From: Obrimoposthia wandeli
Lineage: Eukaryota
Length of the DNA: 64,000 bases
NCBI GenBank assembly: GCA_977020255.1
Contig: CDROCS010002469.1
Coordinates: 124,001-188,000, forward strand
Reading direction: 5' to 3'
Shown: piece by piece, positions 1 through 9,111 of the stretch
Position numbering within the stretch: the stretch's first letter is position 1
How the letters are laid out: each line of letters starts with the position of its first letter
Notes under the pieces: generated by a model
The model's input: the letters and a program-made list of their open reading frames with translations, nothing else
Database searches by the model: none
Told to the model about the DNA's origin: nothing
Program-made: the position numbers and the translations under genes

Positions 1-960
1 GTCACTCCAATAGGAAAATTCGTCATAGCCTAAATCCTGATAGTGTTTCAAGCGATCAATAATCTGCTTTGATGTTCCTATCATCAGATCTTTGCGGATT
101 TTATCTGCACTATAAAATGGATGTGCGCTTATTTCTTCTGCACTCAATTGTTTGATTAAACCTTGATCTACCTCGCGCTCATTTTTAAACCAAGCGCCAA
201 AGTAGCAGTAAAATGTATTTAACTGTTGAGCGGCTAAATCCAATTCCGCTTCATCTTTACCTATATAAGTATGTTGCAGAATCATAATTTTTGGTCGTTT
301 TTTATGCGTATCGCAAGCTTGATTAAACTTATCAATCAAACTTTCTACTTCTTCTAACCCCTGCCAAAGGGGTGTTACTTGCACGTTACAATCGTTTTCA
401 ACCGCAAATTCGTGACTATTGATATCCCGTGCAGCCACCCAAATTGGCGGTCCTTTCACAGTAGTCGGTTTAGGTGAGGAGCTTGTTTTAGGAAACTGAT
501 AATACTTACTATCTTGCGCGTAATTACCCGCCCATAAGCCTTTAATGGCAGGGATCACTTCACGCAAACGCTCTCCCGCTTCCCATGCATCCATGCCACC
601 TTGCATCATGCGTTCATATTCAAATGAATAAGCACCGCGTGCCACACCAAGCTCTAACCTGCCCTGTGTAAGTATATCGGTCATTGCCGCTTCACCGGCT
701 AATTTGATAGGATTCCAAAAAGGCGCGACTATGGTGCCTGTTCCCAATCGCACATTTTTAGTACGATGCGCTAAATCTATCAAATTTAAAAAAGGATTAG
801 GAGCAATAGTAAAATTCATACCGTGATGCTCGCCAGTCCAAATAGTGCACATCCCACCCTTATCGGCCATATCACATAGTGATAAAAACTCTTGATAAAG
901 GTCGTTCTGAGTGTGTTCGTTGTCTACCCGCTCCATATGAGCAAAAAGAGAAAATTTCAT
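1..960 (-). CDS. tgnB: LLM-class flavin-dependent monooxygenase, trigonelline monooxygenase oxygenase component-like; 3' end runs off the window
   Basis: Not in the ORF track. Manual translation from ATG at 960 gives MKFSLFAHMERVDNEHTQNDLYQEFLSLCDMADKGGMCTIWTGEHHGMNFTIAPNPF...RLGTGTIVAPFWNPIKLAGEAAMTD...GVARGAYSFEYER..., open to position 1. Luciferase-like motifs; closely resembles Acinetobacter TgnB as recalled; flanked by the other tgn-type genes. Confidence 0.85.
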   Translation of the reverse strand, partial: MKFSLFAHMERVDNEHTQNDLYQEFLSLCDMADKGGMCTIWTGEHHGMNFTIAPNPFLNLIDLAHRTKNVRLGTGTIVAPFWNPIKLAGEAAMTDILTQGRLELGVARGAYSFEYERMMQGGMDAWEAGERLREVIPAIKGLWAGNYAQDSKYYQFPKTSSSPKPTTVKGPPIWVAARDINSHEFAVENDCNVQVTPLWQGLEEVESLIDKFNQACDTHKKRPKIMILQHTYIGKDEAELDLAAQQLNTFYCYFGAWFKNEREVDQGLIKQLSAEEISAHPFYSADKIRKDLMIGTSKQIIDRLKHYQDLGYDEFSYWSD

Positions 961-971
961 ACGTTTATGCC

Positions 972-1877
972 TCAGTGAATATCACCCGATTGGTTGTCAC
1001 CGACATATACGCGGAACACCCCATTATTTTTTTCCGTCACGTAGCGCTTCATCATGCTTTTAATATCACTTGTCGCATAATCCAAACCGGATAGTGCTTC
1101 AATGCTGACAAACTCACCTAATTGCGCTGTGTCTTCAGTACTTGCAAGCGCGTGGTAAAAAGTACTGAAACGTTTGTCTTGTAAGTTCTCATAGATAGAA
1201 AAAACTGAACCTAACTCCACTTCTAAACCTTTACCGCTTAAGTATTGGCGCACTGCCTCTAAAGAACCCTGACCTACTTTGCTTTGCACTTGCGGTAAGC
1301 TAAAACCTGCATCAGTTTGAGTGAGTAGCACTTTATCTTGATATTCGATAACAGCACCCACTATCCCCGCTTGCTTTTGGCTCAATTCCTCAGCGCGATG
1401 TTCCATGCCCAAACTAAAATAGCCACCTTTAGCGTAACCCAAGCCTAGTTGATCGCTAGTGCTAAAGACTCTCACTTCGCCGATCAAAACAATATGATCA
1501 CCCGCATCTACATTGTTATAAGTTGAGCAAGAAAAATGCGCCACCGCACCTTCAATCAGCGGAATACCATGCTCATCACTATGCCAAGGCACATTCGCAA
1601 AGCGATCGCCTTTACCACCGGCAAAAGTGTTTGATATCTGTTGTTGATCTTCAGCGAGAATATTGACTGCAAAGTATTTGCAGTTATTAAAAATATCAAA
1701 GCTAGATAAATTTTTAGCCGGGCAGATTAACAGTAGCGGCGGATCAACCGAAACCGAAGTAAATGAGTTTGCAGTAAAACCAACCTTCTCACCCGTCTCA
1801 CTTACTGCTGTCACTACTGTGACGCCCGTCATGAACGATCCGAAAGCATTACGTAGTTCTCTAATATCAATAGCCAT
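972..1877 (-). CDS. tgnA: Flavin reductase (monooxygenase reductase component) with C-terminal Nudix-like extension
   Basis: LRNAFGSFMTGVTVVT...GFTANSFTSVS.DPPL...AGDH flavin-reductase motifs. Start placed at ATG 1877 (TGATG overlap with the hydrolase stop) rather than 1907. Confidence 0.8.
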   Translation of the reverse strand: MAIDIRELRNAFGSFMTGVTVVTAVSETGEKVGFTANSFTSVSVDPPLLLICPAKNLSSFDIFNNCKYFAVNILAEDQQQISNTFAGGKGDRFANVPWHSDEHGIPLIEGAVAHFSCSTYNNVDAGDHIVLIGEVRVFSTSDQLGLGYAKGGYFSLGMEHRAEELSQKQAGIVGAVIEYQDKVLLTQTDAGFSLPQVQSKVGQGSLEAVRQYLSGKGLEVELGSVFSIYENLQDKRFSTFYHALASTEDTAQLGEFVSIEALSGLDYATSDIKSMMKRYVTEKNNGVFRVYVGDNQSGDIH

Positions 1878-2719
1878 CACAAAACTCCTATCTGTTCTTG
1901 TTGGCATTGGCTAACGAAGTTCAATAATAACTGATTGATTTCCCTAGCATGCGTGAGCGGTACCATATGGCGCGCACCTTTTATCACATGTACACTACCC
2001 TTTGGGGCTAACCGCGCCATCTGCTGCGACATCCCACTAGAAGAATTACTGTCCATGTCACCGGTAATAAAGGCGACAGGCATTTGCATATTCGCCAATT
2101 CATTGTCTAATGGGCCATCGTTACGGCTAAATATTTGATAAGCTTTAGCATAACCTATAGCTGGAGCTGCACTAAGCCAACTAGCACATAGCTCAGCTAG
2201 CTGCTTCAACTGCCCTTTTGGCGCCTCACCAAACCAGCGCAAAACAGGCATATTGACTCGATCTGATGCTGGATTATCCAGCATATTTTTGGCTCTAAGC
2301 TGCACAGCTGTCCGTGCTTGTACTGACCTTTTGTATACTGAATTAAGCGCGACGACACCATTACATAGTTGTGGATAGTTTACAGCCAATCGCAGCGCAA
2401 TCATTGACCCCATAGAATGGCCCATTATGATCACCGCTGAGCTTATTTCGCTTTCAATCCACTGCGCTATCGCGTCAACATACTCACACAGACCTGCACT
2501 ATTACCTACATTATTATCTGCCAGTAAATCACTTTCGCCATGACCCGGCATATCAATAGCATATACCGTGTTATTTTGGCACAAAGCTTCTATTTGATAG
2601 AACCACGCCTCAGCACGCAAGCCCACACCGTGAACCAATACAATAGCAGGGCCGCTTCCGCGCTTACTGTAAGCTAATCCATTTTTGGATTTAAACCGAT
2701 GCTGGGTTGTCAATATCAT
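1877..2719 (-). CDS. tgnD: Alpha/beta hydrolase, TgnD-like
   Basis: LVHGVG oxyanion motif, GHSMG nucleophile elbow, C-terminal GARHM; operon context with tgnA/B/F-like genes. Confidence 0.75.
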   Translation of the reverse strand: MILTTQHRFKSKNGLAYSKRGSGPAIVLVHGVGLRAEAWFYQIEALCQNNTVYAIDMPGHGESDLLADNNVGNSAGLCEYVDAIAQWIESEISSAVIIMGHSMGSMIALRLAVNYPQLCNGVVALNSVYKRSVQARTAVQLRAKNMLDNPASDRVNMPVLRWFGEAPKGQLKQLAELCASWLSAAPAIGYAKAYQIFSRNDGPLDNELANMQMPVAFITGDMDSNSSSGMSQQMARLAPKGSVHVIKGARHMVPLTHAREINQLLLNFVSQCQQEQIGVL

Positions 2720-3290
2720 GGCCCAACTCCTTCAATTCTTGGTATCGATCGCCAATACGATGATGTGGACGGCCTCCCGTGGCGCCTCCCAACACTATAA
2801 CCACTTCATCAGCGCCGGGTGCATCGGCGATGTTAAATTGAAGTGTTAAATAATGAGAGCGACGTCCGCCATCATTTTTATCCATCATCGGCACCATAAT
2901 CGGCGCGTTAGCAGGGCCACGAGTGTTAGTGAACGAAAGAAATGACTTTGCCTCAACCGCTTCACGAAATATATTGCCAAAATGCAAAGTATGAATCAGT
3001 GCTGATGCGTGCTCTATCTCACCATTCATACCAACCACCGCCGCTTTACCAAAAGCTTCTATGTTAAGGGGCCCGCCTGCCATTTGGCTGATTTTATCCG
3101 TTAGTATCTGCCCTAATATAGGGCCATAAGCTTTTATCTCAGGACGTAGGTCTTCTATATATTTACCCGCCCAAGGGTTGGTAATCACTGCGGCGACTGC
3201 GAACATGCGTACCGGGCTGCTGACTTTTTGAAACCCTTCAATTAAGGTTTCTTCTTCATAGCTAACAATTTTTCTAATTTCAGGTTGCAT
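2691..3290 (-). CDS. tgnF: Amino acid synthesis family protein (DUF1185), TgnF-like
   Basis: AAVITNPWAG...FGKAAVVGMNGEIEHASALIHTLHFGN...IPM..K...RSHY family motifs; likely start ATG 3290 (MQPEIRK). Confidence 0.75.
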   Translation of the reverse strand: MQPEIRKIVSYEEETLIEGFQKVSSPVRMFAVAAVITNPWAGKYIEDLRPEIKAYGPILGQILTDKISQMAGGPLNIEAFGKAAVVGMNGEIEHASALIHTLHFGNIFREAVEAKSFLSFTNTRGPANAPIMVPMMDKNDGGRRSHYLTLQFNIADAPGADEVVIVLGGATGGRPHHRIGDRYQELKELGHDIDNPASV

Positions 3291-3335
3291 CGTTAATCTC
3301 TTTTTTAATTTCAGTATTAACTGGCATATTCCAGT

Positions 3336-3355
3336 ATTGTATAATGGTATACAAT
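3336..3355. promoter_or_regulatory. Perfect palindrome ATTGTATA-ATGG-TATACAAT, candidate GntR operator
   Basis: 8-bp inverted repeat seen in the divergent intergenic region between tgnF and gntR; GTA...TAC core typical of GntR/FadR sites. Confidence 0.6.
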
Positions 3356-3564
3356 CATATAGTCTTTCAATATGCAAACAAATCATTAACAATTAGCGTA
3401 AGATCTGGCTGGTTATTTGCGGTTATAAATCCGTGCATATCTATAACATAGGTGCTTAGCCCTTGTTTTCTCTCACTTGTACTTACATCATTCAACATTT
3501 ATAAGCACAATAAATTGAACGCGATTATCATTAGCAAAAACTTAAACTGGAGTTAGCGATTGTT

Positions 3565-4212
3565 ATGTTGAAGGTTGATAGACCGAAAACCCTGAAAGAA
3601 AATGCCTTAGAGTCACTGCGCGATGCTATAACCAAAGGTATTCTAAAACCTGGGGAGCGTTTGATTGAGCGCAACTTATGTGATTCGATGGCGGTGAGCC
3701 GCACCGTTGTACGTGAGTGTATTCGTCATTTAGAAAGCGAATGGTTGATTGTCGGCATACCCAACGCAGGCTTTGTTGTTGCACAAATCAGCCGCGAAGA
3801 AGTAACCGAGATTTACCAAATCCGCAGTAAGCTCGAATGCGCAGCGGTGCATAGCTGCGCTGAAAATAGTAACACTATCACTGTTTCGCAGTTACGAGAG
3901 TTAAGCCTTAAAATTGCCGACTGCTTACAAAGTGAGGATGTATTACAAGCATTAAAATTTACAACGCAGTTCTACCATATTATTTTTAATGCTGGTGGTA
4001 AAAAAGTATCTTGGACTTTAGTTGAACGTTTGAATGGTCGTATTTCCCGCTTACGCGCGTTAACTTTAAGCTCAAGTGAGCGAAAAACCAAAGGGCCACA
4101 AAATTTATCGAGCATTGTAGATGCTATTGAGCAACGCAATAGTCAACTCGCACAAGATATTTGCGCCAGGCACTTAGCTGAAGCCGCACAAATAGCCTTG
4201 CAACTTATTTAA
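3565..4212 (+). CDS. GntR family (FCD) transcriptional regulator
   Basis: LKPGERLIERNLCDSMAVSRTVVRECIRHL winged HTH plus FCD-type C-terminus; divergent from the tgn operon. Confidence 0.9.
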   Translation: MLKVDRPKTLKENALESLRDAITKGILKPGERLIERNLCDSMAVSRTVVRECIRHLESEWLIVGIPNAGFVVAQISREEVTEIYQIRSKLECAAVHSCAENSNTITVSQLRELSLKIADCLQSEDVLQALKFTTQFYHIIFNAGGKKVSWTLVERLNGRISRLRALTLSSSERKTKGPQNLSSIVDAIEQRNSQLAQDICARHLAEAAQIALQLI

Positions 4213-4279
4213 TGCAGCTCTTATAACTGGCTGAAACCAATTAGTTTACAATTTATTGAAACCTATTAAGAGGAATACG

Positions 4280-4663
4280 ATGATGGATGAAGCACTTTTT
4301 GAATTAGGCATGAGCAAGCGAAAAGCCACATTAGGCGATCAATATGTCACTGATAATTTAGCCAAAGCAGATGCTTTCAACCTACCCTTTCAAGAAGCAA
4401 TGACACAGTGGTGCTGGGGCTTTGGCTGGGGCGATGAAACCATTGATGCTAAAACACGTTCGTTAATGAATTTAACAATGATCGCAGCATTAGGCAAAAT
4501 GCACGAGTGGGAACTACATTTACGTGGCGCGATTACCAACGGCGTCAGTGTTGACGAAATTCGTTCAGCGATTCACGCAATCGCCATCTATTGCGGCGTA
4601 CCACAAGGTGTTGAGTGCTTTCGTATCGCGCGCACTGTGTTAACAGAGTTAGAACTGATATAA
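4280..4663 (+). CDS. Carboxymuconolactone decarboxylase (CMD) family protein
   Basis: WCWGFGWG...RSLMNLTMIAALG...ELHLRGAITNGVS.DEI...IYCGVP pattern; start ATG 4280 after AGGA. Confidence 0.85.
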   Translation: MMDEALFELGMSKRKATLGDQYVTDNLAKADAFNLPFQEAMTQWCWGFGWGDETIDAKTRSLMNLTMIAALGKMHEWELHLRGAITNGVSVDEIRSAIHAIAIYCGVPQGVECFRIARTVLTELELI

Positions 4664-4847
4664 AAACAGATACCACTACACATGATTGCTGGTACCACTC
4701 AAGCTTTGAATTAGGCCCTAACAGGGATGGTTATAGATAGCGATCATGTAAATAAATTCATACTTCGGATTAAAAACTAATAACAAATGAGATCTATATA
4801 CTCGGCGCATACAGAGCAGATCTCACTTTATTTCAGAGAGTAAAAAC

Positions 4848-6311
4848 ATGCCTATTTCAGCGTTAACAGATAGTTCACTCGTTAAAACTCAAGCTTATAT
4901 CAATGGCCAATGGGTAGCCGCCGATAATGGTGCCACCTTTGATGTTACCGATCCTGCCACGGGCGCCGTGATTGCACAAGTGGCCGATTTAGGCGCAGCA
5001 CAAACCAAGCTAGCAATTGAAGCCGCTGAGATTGCAATGCAATCGTGGAAGAAAAAAACCGCTAAAGAGCGCTCCAACTTATTACGCAAATGGTTTGAAC
5101 TAATGATGGCCAACCAAGAAGATCTCGCCATCATCATGACCGCTGAGCAAGGTAAAGTGATTGCAGAATCTCGCGGAGAAGTGGCCTACGGAGCATCGTT
5201 TCTTGAATGGTTTGCAGAAGAAGGCAAGCGTATTTACGGCGACATTATCCCTAATACTACTGCCGATCGTCGTTCGATTGTTATCAAGCAGCCGATTGGT
5301 GTTGTTGCTGCTGTTACCCCTTGGAATTTCCCTAATGCGATGATTACACGCAAAGCCGGTCCTGCGCTAGTTACTGGCTGTGCTATCGTTTTAAAACCCG
5401 CTGCAGAAACACCTCTTTCAGCTTTGGCAATGGCAGAACTTGCCGATCGCGCTGGTATCCCAGCGGGTTTGTTTAATGTTGTAACAGGTATCAATGCACC
5501 TGAAATTGGTGCTGAATTAACCTCTAACCCAATTGTGAAAAAGTTTACTTTCACAGGATCAACACCTGTCGGTAAACTACTAATGGAGCAGTGTGCTAAA
5601 ACCGTTAAGCGTACTTCAATGGAGCTAGGTGGCAACGCACCAGTTATCGTATTTGATGATGCAGACATCGATAAAGCAGTGGCTGGTGCCATAGGCACTA
5701 AGTTTCGTAATGCTGGGCAAACTTGCATCTGCGCAAACCGCTTAATTGTACAAGATACTATTTATGATGAGTTTGTCGCTAAACTAACGGCTAAGGTAAA
5801 CGATTTCACTGTGGGTAATGGCTTTGACAGCGCGACCACTATCGGTCCACTTATTACGCAACAAGCCGTTGCTAAAGTTGACTCACTGGTAGCAGATGCT
5901 GCTGCAAAAGGCGCAACAATAACCACTGGCGGAAAAATTGACAGCGCAGGCGATCACTTCTATCAGCCGACGGTATTAACCAACCTTAGCGCTGATATGC
6001 GTATTGCAAAAGAAGAAATTTTCGGCCCTGTGGCACCTGTTTTCAAGTTCAGTACTGAAGAAGAAGCCATTGCAATGGCTAACGACACTGAATTTGGTTT
6101 AGCATCGTATATTTTCACTGAAAATATGTCACGTACCTGGCGTGTCGCTGAAGCGATTGATTACGGGATGGTAGGCGTTAACGAGGTAGCGATTAGCTCA
6201 GAAGTCATCCCATTTGGCGGTGTTAAACAATCAGGACAAGGCCGTGAAGGTTCTAAATATGGCTTAGATGATTACTTGGAAATCAAGTATATCTGCATCG
6301 GCGGTCTTTAA
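4848..6311 (+). CDS. gabD: NAD(P)-dependent succinate-semialdehyde dehydrogenase (TgnE-equivalent role likely)
   Basis: PWNFP, FTGST, MELGGNAP, FRNAGQTCIC, EEIFGP, PFGGVKQSG.GREGSKYG aldehyde dehydrogenase motifs. Confidence 0.9.
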   Translation: MPISALTDSSLVKTQAYINGQWVAADNGATFDVTDPATGAVIAQVADLGAAQTKLAIEAAEIAMQSWKKKTAKERSNLLRKWFELMMANQEDLAIIMTAEQGKVIAESRGEVAYGASFLEWFAEEGKRIYGDIIPNTTADRRSIVIKQPIGVVAAVTPWNFPNAMITRKAGPALVTGCAIVLKPAAETPLSALAMAELADRAGIPAGLFNVVTGINAPEIGAELTSNPIVKKFTFTGSTPVGKLLMEQCAKTVKRTSMELGGNAPVIVFDDADIDKAVAGAIGTKFRNAGQTCICANRLIVQDTIYDEFVAKLTAKVNDFTVGNGFDSATTIGPLITQQAVAKVDSLVADAAAKGATITTGGKIDSAGDHFYQPTVLTNLSADMRIAKEEIFGPVAPVFKFSTEEEAIAMANDTEFGLASYIFTENMSRTWRVAEAIDYGMVGVNEVAISSEVIPFGGVKQSGQGREGSKYGLDDYLEIKYICIGGL

Positions 6312-6321
6312 ACTTAAAAAG

Positions 6322-6360
6322 AGCCAGTGCAAGTAAAACTGTGCTGGCTATCATTTTTTA
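6322..6360 (+). terminator. Hairpin plus T-tract, probable intrinsic terminator between convergent genes
   Basis: AGCCAGTGCA...TGTGCTGGCT stem (with G-U pairs) followed by CATTTTTT. Confidence 0.5.
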
Positions 6361-6397
6361 GCTTTTAGCTTTTAGCTTTTAGCTTTTAGCTTTTAGC
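6356..6397. repeat. Heptamer tandem repeat (TTTTAGC)x6
   Basis: Six perfect copies counted directly. Confidence 0.95.
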
Positions 6398-6399
6398 CA

Positions 6400-6837
6400 T
6401 CAACTATGATCTATCTGAATATCGTTCGGAAAGGGTTTTCCAGTACCCGTTTCAATTACATCTTTTAAACTCAATAAAAACACTGCCCACTTAGTGCTAC
6501 AATGGGCCATAAATTGCGTGTTTGCTTGCCAATTCGCGTGACGAAAAAGCACCGTAACTTGATTTTCAGCGGCAATTAATTCAAAGCTAATTTCAGTACC
6601 TTGCCATTGTGCAGGTATCTCACCGCTATGTCGCCAAATTACTTTGCTATTCTCTACAAGCTCTCTTACTTTAAAGTCAGGACCACCACCATTAAATCTG
6701 AATTCTAGCAATGTGCCTACTTCACCGCTGCCTCTTACATCATTGGTCCACCAGCTCATCAACCCTTGTGGGGTGGCCAATGCCTGATAAACTGCTTCAA
6801 TACTTCCATTAATACCTACTAGATGACTAATAATCAT
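6400..6837 (-). CDS. SRPBCC/AHSA1-like domain protein
   Basis: VYQALATPQGLMSWW...LEFRF...VIWR...WQGTEISFEL...VLFRHANW...HCSTKWAVFLLSLK...G.G.PFP; GAGG RBS. Confidence 0.85.
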   Translation of the reverse strand: MIISHLVGINGSIEAVYQALATPQGLMSWWTNDVRGSGEVGTLLEFRFNGGGPDFKVRELVENSKVIWRHSGEIPAQWQGTEISFELIAAENQVTVLFRHANWQANTQFMAHCSTKWAVFLLSLKDVIETGTGKPFPNDIQIDHS

Positions 6838-7252
6838 AGTTGCCTCTTGGGTTAATGAGTTTAAAAATGCTTAAAAAAATGCCACATCAAAATAAATATG
6901 CGAGCGCTATTTTGAATTGCTTAATTCTACAAATCATTTCATTGCTATCCGGTTAATAAGTGTAAGCTCTCTAACTCGTTGATTTGTGGTTCTCCAGCAT
7001 AATAAATTGGCTTTATTTCAGCCGAGTAACACTTGCAATTAACATAAAATCAATCAGTTAAAGAACAACAAAAATCAAATCGGACACTAATGAAGCCATT
7101 TGAAGAAAAAGGTGTAAAACGACTAAATTCAATAAGACTGCGTTAAAAACTTTGATAGCTAAAGCGCTTATTTGCGATTCACACTAGTTGCCCTGTTTTA
7201 TACTTGCTACCTTTTACCGCTAGCTTTACTTCCAATTCAATAGTTAGCCCAC

Positions 7253-8143
7253 TTAAACGAGCTTTTCCGCAAAGAAGGTAAGCGTGCGTTGCCAAGCCAG
7301 TTCGGCATTGTCTTTATTATATCGGCCTGTAGAATCGTTATGAAAACCATGTTTAGATCCTTCATACAAATGCATTTGGTAAGGCACTGCTAAGCGTTTC
7401 AAATCAGCTTCATATTCCGGCCATGTACTATTTACTCGGTCATCTAATTCTGAAAATTGTAATAATAGTGGCGCCTTAATATTTTCTCGCAGCTCCTTTG
7501 TGGCCGGTGTTCCATAAAAAGGCACACCTGCTGTAATTAGGTCAGTATCAACCGCGGCCAAGTAATTAACTAAATACCCACCAAAGCAGAAGCCAACTGC
7601 ACCTAATTTTCCATTACTATCTACATGGTTTTTTAAGAACTTGGCAGCAGCTACAAAATCATATTACACCTTAGTGCGATCTAAGGTTTTTTGCATCGCC
7701 CTACCTTTGTCATCATTACCAGGGTACCCACCTAAAGGAAATAATGCGTCTGGTGCAAAGGCGATGAAACCTGCTTTTGCTAAACGACGAGCAACATCTT
7801 TTATATAAGGATTAAGACCTCGGTTTTCATGGATAACTAATACCACCGGTAAACTACCTGTTTTATGAGTGGGCTTAACTAAATAACCTTGCCCTTTGCC
7901 ATGCCCCTCGGGTGAATCGAATATTTCATAGCTAGCGGTTATATCAGGATCATTAAATGAGACTTGTTCAGCCAATGCATAGTTCGGTAATAAGGCAGAA
8001 GTTAATAAGCTCATTGAAAAACCAACCGCTGTCAGTGTGCCTAGTTTTTTCATGAAAGCTCTTCTATCCATTTTTCCATGAGCGTACTCGTCGTACCAAT
8101 CAAATGCTTCTTGTGGAATATCACTTTTAAGTTTTTGTAACAT
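7253..8143 (-). pseudogene. YghX-type dienelactone hydrolase family gene interrupted by one in-frame TAA (7664-7666)
   Basis: The two ORF-track pieces are in the same frame. Read-through gives ...KTLDRTKV*YDFVAAAKFLKNHVDSNGKLGAVGFCFGG...; the N-terminal YDEYAHG.MDRR.F Tat-like segment, HENRGLNP and HGFHND motifs are all present. Confidence 0.85.
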
Positions 8144-8369
8144 AACAGCACCTCATTATTTCAAAACGATTTATCAGCCTTTGTGCTAGCAACTCTAGTA
8201 TAAAATTCTTTTTTCATGCAGTAACCGCTGATTACAATCACCTGAAATGAGTACCAACAAGCTGCTTATTTTTTGCTCTTTTATTAAACGTTAACTATTC
8301 GCATTTAGCAATAAAATATATTCACCTCGAAAAATTCAGTAACATTCTGTGTCAATTTCGTTAGATCGC

Positions 8370-8765
8370 TCAAGCTGGCTTATGAAATTCGATTACATTA
8401 TCATCAGGGTCACGTATGAAAATAAAGGACCCCAGTGGCGTTACGATCGGCCCTTCTGTAATCACATAGTTGATAGATTCAAGGTATTCTTGTGCCGCTT
8501 TAAGATCAGTTACTTCAAGTGCAACATGCGTAAAGCCGGTATGCTTTTGTGGCACATCCATCAGTATGTTCAAAGTACTTGTGTCACTTGAGTTTAAAAT
8601 GAAATTGATATTGACCCCTGATGGATGTTCCATAATTGCCACAGGTTCGGGCCCAATTGGCCCGACTATAAATTCAAAACCGAGTTTTTCATAAAACGCT
8701 CGAGTCACATCCAAATTACTTACTCGAAGTCCAACATGATTAATTCTGGTAATTTCTTGCATCAT
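8370..8765 (-). CDS. VOC family (glyoxalase/bleomycin resistance) protein
   Basis: INHVGLRVSNL...FYEKLGF, GFTHVALEV, FIRDPDDNVIEF. Confidence 0.9.
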   Translation of the reverse strand: MMQEITRINHVGLRVSNLDVTRAFYEKLGFEFIVGPIGPEPVAIMEHPSGVNINFILNSSDTSTLNILMDVPQKHTGFTHVALEVTDLKAAQEYLESINYVITEGPIVTPLGSFIFIRDPDDNVIEFHKPA

Positions 8766-9015
8766 TAGTCACCTTTGTAGTTATTCTATAAGCAAATATT
8801 CGTACTGTCTGCACAGCTAACCGACTTTCCCCGTTGCATAGGAGCATAACATTAATCGATAGGTTTAATTGATGGGTTTATATAACAGAGGTTAGTGACG
8901 GTGTCGGTCGTAATGGGGTAGGAGAAAAGGTTTATTAGTGGTGTTGCCAATACAAAAGATTGGCACTGCAGTCATTCTCTTAGAGTTCAACGCTATAACA
9001 AGTAAAAAGAATACA

Positions 9016-9036
9016 GAAGTAGATTGACTCTACTTC
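9016..9036 (-). terminator. Perfect hairpin GAAGTAGA-TTGAC-TCTACTTC downstream of the M14 gene
   Basis: 8-bp stem seen directly, with a T-rich tract following on the minus strand; a second 10-bp inverted repeat lies at 9045-9054/9094-9103. Confidence 0.45.
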
Positions 9037-9111
9037 AATAGACAACTCGCTTGGCTCCTTAGATAGTCCTAAAGATCGCCCTATAATATAAGCCCAAGCG
9101 AGTGGCGCTAA

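Noticed and set aside
879-1094. 71-aa + strand ORF
   Set aside because: It is antisense to the tgnB start and the tgnA end; the real gene is the minus-strand LLM monooxygenase starting at 960.
5234-5728. 164-aa minus-strand ORF, plus 4895-5137
   Set aside because: Shadow frames of the well-supported gabD gene; no family motifs.
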